Shown here: positions 9,568-18,106 of the stretch, piece after piece | Numbering within the stretch: the first letter of the stretch is position 1 | How the letters are laid out: every line of letters begins with the position of its first letter | DNA from: Deltaproteobacteria bacterium | Lineage (GTDB): Bacteria > Desulfobacterota > Deferrimicrobia > Deferrimicrobiales > Deferrimicrobiaceae | Assembly (NCBI GenBank): GCA_021815305.1 | Contig: JAKAHC010000010.1 | Location: 7,997-71,996 of the forward strand | Length of the DNA: 64,000 bases | Direction: 5' to 3' | Translations under genes and position numbers: made by a program | Notes under the pieces: generated by a model | The model's database searches: none | The model's input: only the letters and a program-made list of their open reading frames with translations | Told to the model about the DNA's origin: nothing

Positions 9568-10950
9568 CTATTGGAACGAATACTTCACATCGATGTACGC
9601 CTCGCTCCGGTCGCTGAACGGGTCGAAATATCCGCGGCCGTCCGCATGGCCCCAGAACTTGTTGTAGGCCAGGGAAACGCTGAGGTTATCCCCATACTTC
9701 AGGTTGAGCAGTGGTCGGGCCCAACCGGAGCCGATGGTGTCATAGAAAACAAAAATAGAAGGTGTGAGGACGGCATTGGGGATGAGGTACACATACGAAG
9801 TCGTGATAAAGCCCGATAACATCGTCTGGGCGGATTTCTGCCCGGGAGCGGCGGAATCCCCGAACATGACGGTTGTCGACTCGGGGTTGAGGACTTTTTT
9901 GTAGAAAACCTGAAAACTCAGCATGGACGACTCGGAGTTGATCGGGAGGTACGTGGGACGGTCCGCCCCGAGCATGAAGGCGATCGTGTTCTGCTTCGCG
10001 ATGAAGTCGGGTTTCGTGAAATCGGTTTGCGGCTCGTTGATGTTGAAAACCGTTTCGCCGCGCAGCACGGTCTTGATGGGATCGACGAACGTGTTGAACG
10101 TTCCGCCGATGGAGTTCACGTACGGATGGGCGAAATCCAGTCCGGCGTCCGTGAGTTCCGCCGAGGGGTTCTCGTTGCGGTGATAATAGTCGTAAAGCGA
10201 AACATCGAACCCGGAACCGATCGTGGTCTTGATCTTCGCACCGACGGAGCCGTTGTTCACGCTCGTGCTGTAATTCTTCTCCGGAAGCCCGCCGATTCCG
10301 GCGCCGGGGAACTCCCAATAGGTGCCCTTCCCCGCCCACTTCGACGGTTTGAAGGTAACCGGGGACCAGACGAATTCGAGGTCCGTCTTGGGGGTCACCC
10401 CGTAGATCGCGCGGACCATCGGAAGCCCCTGGCGAATGTCCTGCCAGTCTTCAAGGAAGTAATGCCACCGGAAGTCCAGCGGGTTGATGATATCGGCCAG
10501 GCGCAACCCGTCCGATTCCCCCCATACGACCTGCTGCTTGCCGAGGCGGAGGAAGAGCGGACCCTTGCGGACATCCACGTACAACTCCCTGACCTCGTTC
10601 TCCTGTCGCTGATCGTCGATGACCGCCCGGGAGAAATTGTCCAGCCCCTTGAAATCGAAGGATGCGTCGTACGATCCGCGCCAGCGGGTGTAGACCTTCA
10701 CGTCGGGGCTGACGGTATAGGTCCCTTCCAGTTGCAGGAACGATTTGGACAGCTCCACTTCCCCCTTCTTGAACTGCTCTCCCCCAAGGCCCTGCTTCGG
10801 ATCTTCCGTTCGCACCGCGGTGATGTCGCGCAGGTAACCTTTGAGCTCCAGGCTTCCATCCAGCAACGTGTACGCGTAACCGCTGGAAGAGCCGATAAGC
10901 ATTGCGGCGACCAGAGACATCCAAAACCATTGTCCCGCCCGTTTCCTCAT
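9568..10950 (-). CDS. DUF1302 family outer-membrane beta-barrel protein
   Basis: Signal peptide, RELYVD..LRLGKQQVVWGESDG..DIINP, C-terminal YSFQ. ATG 10950 with GGAGG RBS. Confidence 0.85.
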   Translation of the reverse strand: MRKRAGQWFWMSLVAAMLIGSSSGYAYTLLDGSLELKGYLRDITAVRTEDPKQGLGGEQFKKGEVELSKSFLQLEGTYTVSPDVKVYTRWRGSYDASFDFKGLDNFSRAVIDDQRQENEVRELYVDVRKGPLFLRLGKQQVVWGESDGLRLADIINPLDFRWHYFLEDWQDIRQGLPMVRAIYGVTPKTDLEFVWSPVTFKPSKWAGKGTYWEFPGAGIGGLPEKNYSTSVNNGSVGAKIKTTIGSGFDVSLYDYYHRNENPSAELTDAGLDFAHPYVNSIGGTFNTFVDPIKTVLRGETVFNINEPQTDFTKPDFIAKQNTIAFMLGADRPTYLPINSESSMLSFQVFYKKVLNPESTTVMFGDSAAPGQKSAQTMLSGFITTSYVYLIPNAVLTPSIFVFYDTIGSGWARPLLNLKYGDNLSVSLAYNKFWGHADGRGYFDPFSDRSEAYIDVKYSFQ

Positions 10951-11080
10951 ACCTCCCTCCCTGTCCCCTTTTCTTTTTTCCCGCTTGCGCTGCTGCAACG
11001 AAACGCTCCCTCGCGCGTAAGAACAACGCTTACGTCTCTATTTTCAGAAATGTTTCTCATACCAACTTTCGCGCGGGTTT

Positions 11081-11132
11081 TTTGTAGCAACGTCCCCTAT
11101 TGTTGTTTTGTAGCAACGTCCCCTATTGTTGT
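11081..11132. repeat. Perfect 26-bp tandem direct repeat, two copies
   Basis: TTTGTAGCAACGTCCCCTATTGTTGT at 11081-11106 and 11107-11132. Confidence 0.95.
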
Positions 11133-11153
11133 TGGGGATACCGTGCGCATCCA

Positions 11154-11201
11154 TGTATAGAACGGGGATTGATTCGCAACAATCCTGCGGACGGATAGAA
11201 A
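11154..11201 (-). promoter_or_regulatory. Predicted promoter P2 with upstream activator box
   Basis: Minus strand reads ATTCTATCCGTCCGCAGGA-TTGTTG-17 nt-TATACA. Confidence 0.55.
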
Positions 11202-11256
11202 TTGCGCCTCGAAGGAGGGGGCGCGAGATCGCCCGTCGGCCGTTCCGGTATTCCCT

Positions 11257-12795
11257 TCATCCCCGTGGAGCGGCCACCGGACGACTGCGCAGTTCATGCT
11301 TCCGGATCCCCGCGATGGACGTCTTCGGCAGTTCCCGGACCAACTCGACATGCCGGGGCACCAGCCGGGAGGCCAACCTTGCGGCGCACCATTCCGTGAT
11401 CTCTCCCGGGGCGAGAGTCTCCCCCGGCCGGGGGACGATGAAGACCCTCACGTCCTCCTCGTCCAGCTCCGAAAGGATCCCCGTCGCCGCCGATTCCTGG
11501 ACCTTGGGGTGGTCGTTCACGATTCTTTCGATCTCGATGCTCGGGAAAATCTCCCCCCGGTTCCGGATACAATCCGCCTTGCGGTCGAGGAAATAGAAAT
11601 TCCCCTCGTCATCGGTGTACCCGCGGTCTCCAGTGTGAAACCATCCGTTCCGCATGTTCTCCGCGGTCCGATCGTGCTCCCGGTAATAACCGAGGAAAAC
11701 CCCCTCCGGGACACTGGGGCGCAGGACGATTTCCCCGGAGATTCCCGTGGGCAGCTCCTCGTCGAATTCATCGACGACCTTTACGTCGTAACCGGGGAGC
11801 GGTTTCCCGATCGCACCCGTTTTCGCGCTTCCGCCGAAGTGCGCGATGCACATCCCCCCGATTTCGGTCAGGCCGAATCCTTCCACGACCCTTACGCCGA
11901 ACCGTTCCTCGAAGTCGTGTTTTGTCCTCGCAGGCAATCCCCCGCCGAAGGCCAGCCGGGCCGGGTTCTCCGCGTCTCCCGGCCGCGGAGCCGTATGCAT
12001 CAGGCAGGCGATCATCGAACCCGTGCAGGCGAAGACCGTCGCCCCGCAACGTCGAAGGTCATCGACAAAGGTCAAAGCGTCAAACCCCTCGCCCAGCACC
12101 AGCGGACATCCGCTGGTCATCGCTCCGACGACCGTGAGCGTCTGTGTGTGGACCCGGGAAAGGGGAAGCGATGTGTAGAACACGTCTCCCGCCGCGGCCC
12201 GGACCACGGAATCGACCCAGATTCTCCCGGAATGGAGATAATTGCGTTGGGACAACATCGCCCCTTTGGGTACACCGGTGGTGCCCGGCGTATAAACGAT
12301 GGACATGACGTCCGACGGCTCCGTCACCGGAGGGCGAGACAACGTCCGGGGGAGGCCGATGATCGTTTCGTGATAATCCAGGAAACCCGGAGGAATTCCG
12401 CCGATACCGCCGATCCATATTTTCCCCCGGATTTTTGGCAAGTTGCGAACGGAGTGTTCCGCCGCGAAAAATGCGGAATCCTCCACCGCGAGAACGGTCG
12501 CATCCGAATGGCCGGCGATATGGGAAACCTCGTATTCTTTCAGGGAAGTGTCCACGGGCACCATGATGGCGCCAAGCTTTGAAATGCCGAACCACAGCTC
12601 GAGGAATTCCGGCCGGTTGGAAATCATCAGGCAGACCTTGTCCCCCCGCCGTACGCCGATCTCCCTCAGCAGGTTGGCCGCCCGGTTGCTTGTTTCCTCC
12701 ATCCGGGCAAAGGATACGGATCGATCCCTGAAACGGAGGAAGGTGGAGTCGCCCCTGGACTCCACCTGTTTCCGGAGAATATCCGGCAATACCAT
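11257..12795 (-). CDS. CaiC-like AMP-binding acyl-CoA ligase homolog with degenerate catalytic motifs
   Basis: Full ANL fold motifs (EGFGLTE, GWFHTGDRG), but the P-loop is YTPGTTG and the A10 region is PKTSIAGIRK. Confidence 0.8.
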   Translation of the reverse strand: MVLPDILRKQVESRGDSTFLRFRDRSVSFARMEETSNRAANLLREIGVRRGDKVCLMISNRPEFLELWFGISKLGAIMVPVDTSLKEYEVSHIAGHSDATVLAVEDSAFFAAEHSVRNLPKIRGKIWIGGIGGIPPGFLDYHETIIGLPRTLSRPPVTEPSDVMSIVYTPGTTGVPKGAMLSQRNYLHSGRIWVDSVVRAAAGDVFYTSLPLSRVHTQTLTVVGAMTSGCPLVLGEGFDALTFVDDLRRCGATVFACTGSMIACLMHTAPRPGDAENPARLAFGGGLPARTKHDFEERFGVRVVEGFGLTEIGGMCIAHFGGSAKTGAIGKPLPGYDVKVVDEFDEELPTGISGEIVLRPSVPEGVFLGYYREHDRTAENMRNGWFHTGDRGYTDDEGNFYFLDRKADCIRNRGEIFPSIEIERIVNDHPKVQESAATGILSELDEEDVRVFIVPRPGETLAPGEITEWCAARLASRLVPRHVELVRELPKTSIAGIRKHELRSRPVAAPRG

Positions 12796-12996
12796 CGGCC
12801 ACCTCTGATTCGAGCAACTCGCGCATCCGGAACCTTATTCCACAAGAGGGGGCGGGTGCCATCCGGCGAAAGAATCGTTCTTCCCGCTCGAAAGGAGGGC
12901 GGAGATGGCGATCGGGGAGAAGAGCGATATCTCCGCGGGTTCCCGACAGGACCCGCCGGTGCAAGGCCGGTGCGGCATCCTGCGGACTTCGCCCCG

Positions 12997-14259
12997 TCAG
13001 CCGGCGCCCTGCCTTCCGTCGCTCCTCGGGTACGTCTCCTTCAGGAAATATCCGGCCATCGCACAAAGCGTGTTGTTCTCCCCGTCCTCGATCGTCAACG
13101 CCCTCGAGTCCCTCCAGAACTTTTCGATGATGTACTCCCTGGTCAGGCCGTTGGCGCCGTGCAACTGTACGGCCTCGTCGATGACTTCCCGGGCCATCTC
13201 GGTGCATATGGCCTTCGCGCTGTAGGAATATTCGGGGAATGGCGGGTACACCTTGACCGCGAGGTTCCATACCGCGCGACTCGTGGCGCGGATGGCTTCG
13301 ACCTTCCCGAACATCCTGGCGATCCGTACCTTGGTGAAGTAATGGTCGATGAGGACCTTGCCGCCCTGCACCCTCTCCTTGCTGTACGCGAGCGCCTCGT
13401 CGAAGGCCGCCCGGGCCAACCCGATGGCGAAGAGGGTCATCGCCGCATTGCCGAACGCGAGGTTGTTCGCGGTCCACGTCGAATATCGATCTGGCCCGAC
13501 GAACATGTACCTCCCGGGAATCCGGACATCGTTGAAGAACAGTTCCCCTTGCGGAAGGTCGCGCTGCCCCACTTTCTCGAGCGCTTTTCCCCGGGAGATG
13601 CCCGGAAGGTCGAGGGGAAGGATGCACACGCCGCCGCCGGACAGCCCCAGCGCCGGATCGGTCTGGACGTTGATCATGCCGTGAGTCGCGATGGGCCCGC
13701 AGGACACCCAGGCGGATTTCTGCCCGTTGATGACCCATTCGTTCCCGTCCCGCCTTGCCTGCACATTGCCGCGCGCTCCCGGGGCGGTAAAGAAGCTCTC
13801 GTTCACGTTGATGGAGTCCGACCCGCGATCCGGTTCCGTGATGGCCCAGCACGCCGTGATGTCCGGCTCGTTCGTCCTGCAGAAAGGAACCACGAACTCG
13901 TCGATGAGGCCCTTGTCGCCGGATTGGAGGACCTTGAAAAAGGGCCACGAGGCGAGCAGGAGGACCCCCGAAAGCCCCAGGCTCCCCCAGATGATTTCCT
14001 CGTTCAGGATATGCCCCTGCAGCGGAGTGAACCCCAGCCCTCCGAGCTCGGCGGGAAACAGCGCCTTGTGATACCCCAGCGCATATGCCTGCCGCAGGAA
14101 TTCCCAGAGGGGCGACTCCTTGCCGGCCGCTTCCTCCGCCGTCATGCGATCGACTTCCCGGGCGATCGGCCGCATGACCTCCCTTGCGAACTTATGCGCC
14201 GTCGCCTTGATCTCCTTGTCTTCCCACGTCAATTCCAGATTCATGTCGAAGTACGGCAT
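12997..14259 (-). CDS. Acyl-CoA dehydrogenase family protein
   Basis: WAITEPDRGSD, WVINGQKSAW, ARAAFDEALAYSKERVQGGK, QLHGANG...EKFWRD. Confidence 0.9.
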   Translation of the reverse strand: MPYFDMNLELTWEDKEIKATAHKFAREVMRPIAREVDRMTAEEAAGKESPLWEFLRQAYALGYHKALFPAELGGLGFTPLQGHILNEEIIWGSLGLSGVLLLASWPFFKVLQSGDKGLIDEFVVPFCRTNEPDITACWAITEPDRGSDSINVNESFFTAPGARGNVQARRDGNEWVINGQKSAWVSCGPIATHGMINVQTDPALGLSGGGVCILPLDLPGISRGKALEKVGQRDLPQGELFFNDVRIPGRYMFVGPDRYSTWTANNLAFGNAAMTLFAIGLARAAFDEALAYSKERVQGGKVLIDHYFTKVRIARMFGKVEAIRATSRAVWNLAVKVYPPFPEYSYSAKAICTEMAREVIDEAVQLHGANGLTREYIIEKFWRDSRALTIEDGENNTLCAMAGYFLKETYPRSDGRQGAG

Positions 14260-14338
14260 TTCCCCGCCCCTCCGCCTCGTTATCCTGCGCCGCCGCTCCC
14301 CGCCGCTCTCCTTGGAAAGCGGTTTCCGCCGCCGTATT

Positions 14339-15559
14339 TCACCGCTTGAAGATGTGAAGGGCCATGGCGGCGGCGTCCGCCCCCAGGATTCCCCCGCCGT
14401 TATGGGTCATTCCCGTGTTTGCGCCCCGCACCTGCCTGCTTCCGGCTCGGCCCTGCAACTGCGCCACGATCTCGTGGATCTGGCCGACCCCCGTCGCTCC
14501 GACGGGGTGCCCCTTGGTCTCCAAGCCGCCCGAAGTGTTGGTCGGCATGCTTCCCGATATCTCCAGGCATCCCTCGTCGATCCATTTGCAGGCATCCTCC
14601 CCCGGACAGATCCCGAGCTGGATCAGCGACATGATCTCCGAGGGAGCGGTCGCGTCGTGGACCTCGATGACGTCGATTTCCTCCGGGCCGATCCCGGCCC
14701 GCCGGAACGTCTCCGGGGCCATCACCTGGGCCACCGCCTCCTCTTCCGCCGACAGGGACCCGCTCCCCACGTTCGAGGCGGCGACCCAGACCGGAGCGGA
14801 CGTGAACCTTGCGGCGAGGGAACGGGAGCAAAGGATGCACGCGGCCGCGCCGTCGCCGATCGGGGCGCACATCATCCGGGTCAGCGGATAGGCCACCTCG
14901 CCCGAGGCGAGCACCTCCTCGAGGGTCACCACCTGTTGATACTGGGCGTGCGGGTTGAGGAAGCCGTTCCTGTGGTTCTTCACCGCGATCCCGGCGAAAT
15001 GCTCCCGCGTCAACCCGTACTTTTCCATGTAGGGCGCGACGTAGAAGGCGTACATGTCCATGAAGATGCTCCGGCGGGTTCCGCTTCCCTCCCGGAGGAT
15101 GTCCGCCTTCCTCCCTTTCCTGGCGGCGAAGTCGCGCAGGAAGGTGCTCCCCGTTTCCACGTCGATGCCGGAGGAAAGGGCACGGAACGACCGGAGCCTG
15201 TCCTCGTCGTACAGCTTCTCGAAACCGACCACCAGGACGCAGTCGTACATCCCCGAAGCCACTCCCGCCCAGCCGAGGTGAAACGCCGTCGAGGAGCTGG
15301 CGCAGGCGTTCTCCACGTTGAAGACGGGGATCCCCTCGATGCCGAGGGGGCTGAGCGTCACCTGGCCCCGGATCATCTCCTGCCCGGTCATGAGCCCCGC
15401 AGCCGCGTTGCCCACGTACGCCGCCCCGATGTCCCCCTTCGGGATTCCCGCATCGTCGATGGCGCCGAGCACCGCCTCGCGCACCAGGTCCTTGATGCTC
15501 TTTCCCGGGAACTTCCCGAACCTTGTCATCGCAATTCCGATCACGGCGACATCCCGCAT
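14339..15559 (-). CDS. SCP2-type thiolase family protein, copy 2
   Basis: VENACASSS, EVHDAT, NTSGGLETKGHPVGATG, HNGGG. Confidence 0.9.
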   Translation of the reverse strand: MRDVAVIGIAMTRFGKFPGKSIKDLVREAVLGAIDDAGIPKGDIGAAYVGNAAAGLMTGQEMIRGQVTLSPLGIEGIPVFNVENACASSSTAFHLGWAGVASGMYDCVLVVGFEKLYDEDRLRSFRALSSGIDVETGSTFLRDFAARKGRKADILREGSGTRRSIFMDMYAFYVAPYMEKYGLTREHFAGIAVKNHRNGFLNPHAQYQQVVTLEEVLASGEVAYPLTRMMCAPIGDGAAACILCSRSLAARFTSAPVWVAASNVGSGSLSAEEEAVAQVMAPETFRRAGIGPEEIDVIEVHDATAPSEIMSLIQLGICPGEDACKWIDEGCLEISGSMPTNTSGGLETKGHPVGATGVGQIHEIVAQLQGRAGSRQVRGANTGMTHNGGGILGADAAAMALHIFKR

Positions 15560-15603
15560 GGACTGCTCCTTCCAGCCACGTATCTATCGGTTTACCGGGT
15601 CGG

Positions 15604-16971
15604 TCACGATTCGTACCGTTTCTCCAGGAGCTGGGTCTTCTTCGAAGCCCGTTCCAGGCTGAACGGCCGGATCCAGGAGATGGAAGGTCGTATGTGGAGC
15701 ACGTGGTGCATCTTCTCCACGATCTCCTTCTCCAGTCCGGGCAACTCCTCTTCGCGCACGCCCTCCCCGTGCTCCACGGTGAGCTTCAGCGGGGGGACGA
15801 CCCTTGGAGGTTTCTCGGTCAGGACGATGCGGAACGTGCCCGTGATCCTGGGAACAAAACCGTTGATCACCCCCTGGATGGCGACGGGATACACCGGCGT
15901 CCCCTTGACCTTCAGCATGTCGTCGGCGCGGCCGACGATCTTGTACCGGAATCCGCTGAACCCGCAGGGACAGGGATCGGTGAAGACCTGGTGGATGTCG
16001 TTCAAGGTGAACCGCAAGTGGTGGAAGAAAAGGCCTGCCTCCGGCGCCAGCGGCGTGAAGCACGCCAACCCGGTGGCGCCGTGCTCCAACGGAAGGGGAC
16101 GCAACGTTTCCGGGTCGACCAGTTCGTACAGGCAATGGTCGTCGGCGACCCAGTGCATCCCCTGGTACTCGGGATGGTCGCACGAAACCCCGTACCCGGC
16201 GCCCACGTCGTGGACCTTCGCCCCGTATTCCTCTTCCAGCCGGCTTCGGATCTCGGGGATCCCCGCCCCAGGTTCCGCCCCGAGGAGAAGCGTCTTGAGC
16301 CCGAGGCTGCGGACCGGCGCGCCGAGCACCTCGGGGGCACGCTCGATGAGGTGGAGCGCCAGCGAGGGAGTGCCGGAAAACATGTTCGCCTTGAAGAGCT
16401 TGATGAACTGGAGGATGCGCTCGGTCCCGGCTTCGGCCCCTATGGGTATCAGCGTGACGCCGCGGTTCCGCTTGAACCAGAACAGATGGGGAGTTCCCGC
16501 GGCGTGCATGCTCAGCCCGAAACATACGGCCAGCTTGTCCCCGGCCCTCATCCCGATCCGCCACCCGATGCGTCCGAACAACTCGCCCATGGTTTCGGTC
16601 GTTTTGTGGAATACCGGGTAGGGCGTCGGGACGCCCGTGGTCCCGGAAGTGGTCGTCAGCAGAAAAAGGTCGTCCATCCGATCCTTGCCGAAGAGGTGCA
16701 TCCATACCTTGTCCATATCGAGGTGGAATTCCTCGTAGACCTGCCGGAATTCCGCCTGTCCCACCGGTTTCAGGGCTCGCTGGAAATCGTCGAGGGAGCG
16801 GATGTCCTGGGGTTTGACACCTTCCTTTTCCATGCGGCGGCGCTCGAAGGGTACGTTCTCGTAGCAGTATCGGATCGCACCCGGAAGCCTTTCCCACTGG
16901 ATGTCGCGCATGCCGCGGGTATTCAGGAGCGGCTCGATCCCCATGTTGAAATATTTGCGAGCCTCTTGCAT
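15604..16971 (-). CDS. Phenylacetate-CoA ligase (PaaK) family ligase, copy 2
   Basis: TTSGTTGVP, GAEPGAG, GRADDMLKVKG; clear paralog of 5137..6510. ATG 16971 with GAGG RBS. Confidence 0.85.
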   Translation of the reverse strand: MQEARKYFNMGIEPLLNTRGMRDIQWERLPGAIRYCYENVPFERRRMEKEGVKPQDIRSLDDFQRALKPVGQAEFRQVYEEFHLDMDKVWMHLFGKDRMDDLFLLTTTSGTTGVPTPYPVFHKTTETMGELFGRIGWRIGMRAGDKLAVCFGLSMHAAGTPHLFWFKRNRGVTLIPIGAEAGTERILQFIKLFKANMFSGTPSLALHLIERAPEVLGAPVRSLGLKTLLLGAEPGAGIPEIRSRLEEEYGAKVHDVGAGYGVSCDHPEYQGMHWVADDHCLYELVDPETLRPLPLEHGATGLACFTPLAPEAGLFFHHLRFTLNDIHQVFTDPCPCGFSGFRYKIVGRADDMLKVKGTPVYPVAIQGVINGFVPRITGTFRIVLTEKPPRVVPPLKLTVEHGEGVREEELPGLEKEIVEKMHHVLHIRPSISWIRPFSLERASKKTQLLEKRYES

Positions 16972-17069
16972 TCCCTCGTCCTCCCGATTTCCTGCAATGA
17001 CCCCGCCCGGGAAACCCCTCTTCCTGAGGAAAGACATGGAGCTCCGGACAGGGAACCGACCGCAGTTTT

Positions 17070-17117
17070 TTTATAAGCCGGCGTAAATCCACGAACAATC
17101 CCGCTTAAGGGTAGAAT
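17070..17117 (-). promoter_or_regulatory. Predicted promoter P1 with upstream activator box
   Basis: Minus strand reads ATTCTACCCTTAAGCGGGA-TTGTTC-17 nt-TATAAA. Confidence 0.6.
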
Positions 17118-17414
17118 CGGGATCTCGAAAGGGAGATGCGATGCCTCCATTCCGGCGGGATCTCCCGGGGATCGCGTGCTCCGACGAGGTCAACCCGGGA
17201 AGGGGCGGGAAAGGGATGTTCCTGTCTTTGGTGATGACGATACGCACATCGACTACCGCATCTCCACAAGTTTCCCGTTGGCGGAGGGAGCGGCTGCCCG
17301 GAAGTTGCTATCGGTCCGGAAAAGGTGGCGGAATGTCCGGTTTCGGGGAAGGGAGAGGTACGCCACCGCGCCGGCGGGCCCGGAACGAGGCAGGCCCGGA
17401 GTTCCCGGCGGGGA

Positions 17415-18095
17415 TTACGCGCCGGGTTTTTGGGAAATCAGGCTGCTGTTCACCGCTTTGTAGACCGCTTCCGAACGCGATCTGGCGCCCAGTTTCCTGA
17501 AAATCGCTTTGACGTGGAATTTCACCGTGTATTCCGAAAGGTGCAACTTCGCTCCGATATCCTTGTTGCTGAGACCTCTGCTGATCAGATCGAGGATCTC
17601 GAATTCCCGGGTCGTCAACTTGTCCTCCACCTGCGGAACCTGTTCCGCCCGGTTTCCCTTCGCCGGTTTCAGCGCCTCCTTGATGATGGTGACCGTGACC
17701 GAAGGGTCCAGGACCGATTTGCCGTCGTGCACCGAGTGCACGATTTTGTGCAACTCCTCCTTTCCGATGTTTTTCAGGAGAAACCCCGCCGCTCCGGCCT
17801 TCAGGCCCTCGATGACGTACTCCTCCTCGTTGAAATTCGTCAACAGGACCACCTTGACCATCGGAAATTTTTCGCTGATGATCCGGGTCGCCTCGATGCC
17901 GTTCATCCCCGGCATCCGTATGTCCATGAAGACGACATCCGGTGGGGACTTCTCGATCGCGTAAATCGCATCGAGCGCCCGGGATGCCTCACCCACGACC
18001 TGGATCTCCTTGTCCAGCTCCAGGATCTGTTTCAACCCGGCCCGGATCACATCATGATCGTCGACCAGATGGATTCGAATCAATCCGTCCTCCAT
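17415..18095 (-). CDS. NarL/LuxR-family response regulator
   Basis: Receiver LVDDH...DVVFMDI...FLLKN and HTH LTTREFEILDLISRGLSNKDIG..LSEYTVKFHV. Confidence 0.93.
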   Translation of the reverse strand: MEDGLIRIHLVDDHDVIRAGLKQILELDKEIQVVGEASRALDAIYAIEKSPPDVVFMDIRMPGMNGIEATRIISEKFPMVKVVLLTNFNEEEYVIEGLKAGAAGFLLKNIGKEELHKIVHSVHDGKSVLDPSVTVTIIKEALKPAKGNRAEQVPQVEDKLTTREFEILDLISRGLSNKDIGAKLHLSEYTVKFHVKAIFRKLGARSRSEAVYKAVNSSLISQKPGA

Positions 18096-18106
18096 GGAGT
18101 ACCGTT

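Noticed and set aside
11081-11132. Possible CRISPR repeat
   Set aside because: Only two directly adjacent copies, no spacers and no cas genes in the window.
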